Shown: positions 62,777 to 64,000 of the stretch, one piece after another
How the letters are laid out: each line of letters begins with the position of its first letter
How positions within the stretch are numbered: position 1 is the first letter of the stretch
Source: Micrococcales bacterium
Lineage (GTDB): Bacteria; Actinomycetota; Actinomycetes; Actinomycetales; Cellulomonadaceae
Length of the DNA stretch: 64,000 bases
Assembly (NCBI GenBank): GCA_009779195.1
Contig: WRET01000005.1
Span: 5,568-69,567, forward strand
Direction: 5' to 3'
Program-made: the position numbers and the translations under genes
The notes under the pieces: generated by a model
Database searches by the model: none
What the model saw: only the letters and a program-made list of their open reading frames with translations
Told to the model about the DNA's origin: nothing

Positions 62777-64000
62777 ATGGGTGAACCGTTCGACGCGGTC
62801 GACGTCATCGTCACCAAACGTGACGGCGGGCGGCTGTCTGACGCGCAGGTCGGCTGGGTGGTCGACGCGTACGTGCGTGGGGTCGTCGCCGAGGAGCAGA
62901 TGGCCGCCTTGGCCATGGCGGTGCTGCTGGTGGGGATGGACGCCGCCGAGACAGCCTGCTGGACTGGCGCCATGGTCGCCTCGGGTCGGCGGCTGGATTT
63001 TGCCGGCCTGTCTCGTCCGACGGTGGACAAACACTCCACCGGCGGGGTGGGGGACAAGACCACGCTGCCGCTCGGCCCCGTCGTCGCGTCGTTCGGCGTG
63101 GCGGTTCCGCAGCTGTCCGGGCGGGGTCTGGGGCACACCGGCGGGACCTTGGACAAGCTCGAGTCGATCCCCGGGTGGAGCCCGTCGCTGAGCCCTGACC
63201 AGATACGTGCCCAGCTGGAGAGCGTCGGTGCTGTGGTCGCCGCCGCGGGCGACGACCTGGCCCCCGCAGACCGCCGTCTGTACGCCCTGCGCGACATCAC
63301 CGGCACGGTCGCGTCTGTCCCGCTCATCGCCAGCTCGATCATGAGCAAGAAGATCGCCGAAGGCACGTCGGCCCTGGTCCTGGACGTCAAGGTCGGCACC
63401 GGAGCGTTCTTGCCCGATGCGGCCACCGCCCGCGAGCTGGCCCAGACCATGGTCAGGCTCGGTGAGGGCGCGGGGGTGCGTACCACCGCCGTGCTCACCG
63501 ACATGTCCACCCCGCTGGGCATGACCGTCGGCAACGCCCTGGAGGTCCGCGAAGCCGTGGAGGTCCTGGCAGGTGGCGGCCCACCGGACGTCGTCGAGCT
63601 CACCTGCGTCCTGGCGCACGAGATGCTCACCCTCGCCGGACGTCCCGACGCCGACCCTGCCGCCGCCCTCGCCGACGGCACCGCCATGGACGTGTGGCGC
63701 GCCATGGTCCGCGCCCAAGGCGGCGACCCGGCAGCGCCCCTGCCTCAGGCCACCTGTACCGACGACCTGACCGCCACAGAGTCAGGGACCGTCGCGTCCG
63801 TCGACGCCCTGTGTGTCGGCACCGCAGCCTGGCGCCTGGGCGCTGGCCGCACCCGTCGTGACGACCAGGTCCAGCCCGGCGCGGGTGTCGAGCTCCTCGT
63901 CCGCCCCGGTGACCATGTGCGCTCCGGCCAACGGTTGGCCCGCCTCCACACCGACACCCCCGACCGTCTCGCCCGTGCCCGTGAAGCCCTCGCCAGCGCC
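62777..64000 (+). CDS. deoA: Thymidine (pyrimidine-nucleoside) phosphorylase, 3' end outside the window
   Basis: The frame from the ATG at 62777 reads MGEPFDAVDVIVTKRDGGRLSDAQVGWVVDAYVRG...DKHSTGGVGDKTTLPL...SGRGLGHTGGTLDKLESIPGW. It is not in the ORF track because no stop lies before the window end. Confidence 0.9.
   Translation, partial: MGEPFDAVDVIVTKRDGGRLSDAQVGWVVDAYVRGVVAEEQMAALAMAVLLVGMDAAETACWTGAMVASGRRLDFAGLSRPTVDKHSTGGVGDKTTLPLGPVVASFGVAVPQLSGRGLGHTGGTLDKLESIPGWSPSLSPDQIRAQLESVGAVVAAAGDDLAPADRRLYALRDITGTVASVPLIASSIMSKKIAEGTSALVLDVKVGTGAFLPDAATARELAQTMVRLGEGAGVRTTAVLTDMSTPLGMTVGNALEVREAVEVLAGGGPPDVVELTCVLAHEMLTLAGRPDADPAAALADGTAMDVWRAMVRAQGGDPAAPLPQATCTDDLTATESGTVASVDALCVGTAAWRLGAGRTRRDDQVQPGAGVELLVRPGDHVRSGQRLARLHTDTPDRLARAREALASA

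Overview
This is a high-GC segment that looks like an actinobacterial chromosome. A few hand-counted 60-nt lines give roughly 65-72 % G+C. The gene content suggests Actinomycetota, but I cannot verify that without a database. All calls rest on my own reading of the translated ORFs and the DNA, with no searches run. Because of the GC content, the ORF track contains many long antisense or out-of-frame artefacts, and I ignored those.

Left to right, the window contains:
- A divergent TetR/NmrA-like pair.
- A tadA-tadB-tadC pilus-secretion core with no pilin genes next to it.
- Housekeeping genes: an aldo-keto reductase, hemolysin-III next to a Z-prenyl diphosphate synthase (as I recall it, the same pairing as mycobacterial Rv1085c/Rv1086), and a DivIVA-domain protein.
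- A mosaic cell-envelope glycan locus of about 29 kb (8.3-37.2 kb). It holds a GT2, a pyruvyl transferase, a C-methyltransferase-like gene, an RmlC-like epimerase, CDP-glucose 4,6-dehydratase, a GT4-GT2 fusion, an ATP-grasp ligase, a GSA-type aminotransferase, glucose-1-phosphate cytidylyltransferase, a PIG-L deacetylase, a Wzy/O-antigen-ligase-like protein, a Wzc-like protein with a degenerate P-loop, and two GT4s.
- Three blocks that interrupt that locus: (i) an AAA+ ATPase with an Hsp70-fragment membrane protein; (ii) a Ro60 orthologue (rsr) with an apparently unannotated Y RNA carrying a permuted tRNA-like module, plus a DUF6273-like gene and a vapBC cassette bracketed by 21-bp inverted repeats; (iii) two lower-GC paralogous surface proteins with a conserved upstream element.
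- Then a DAG-kinase-like gene, mutY, an M15 peptidase, feoABC (with a DtxR/IdeR-like box and an unusual triple 22-36-bp repeat downstream), two Pro-rich membrane proteins, xthA, an ABC exporter, and an ECF sigma with a putative anti-sigma.
- A DUF4143 ATPase preceded by a 33-bp tandem repeat.
- A SipW-type signal peptidase operon encoding three TasA/camelysin-like exported proteins and a LAxTG-anchored protein.
- cdd, a 2025-aa DUF11-repeat adhesin, and the start of deoA.

The most interesting candidates are the rsr-Y RNA locus, the actinobacterial SipW/TasA-like fibre operon with a sortase-anchored component, and several unexplained repeat structures.
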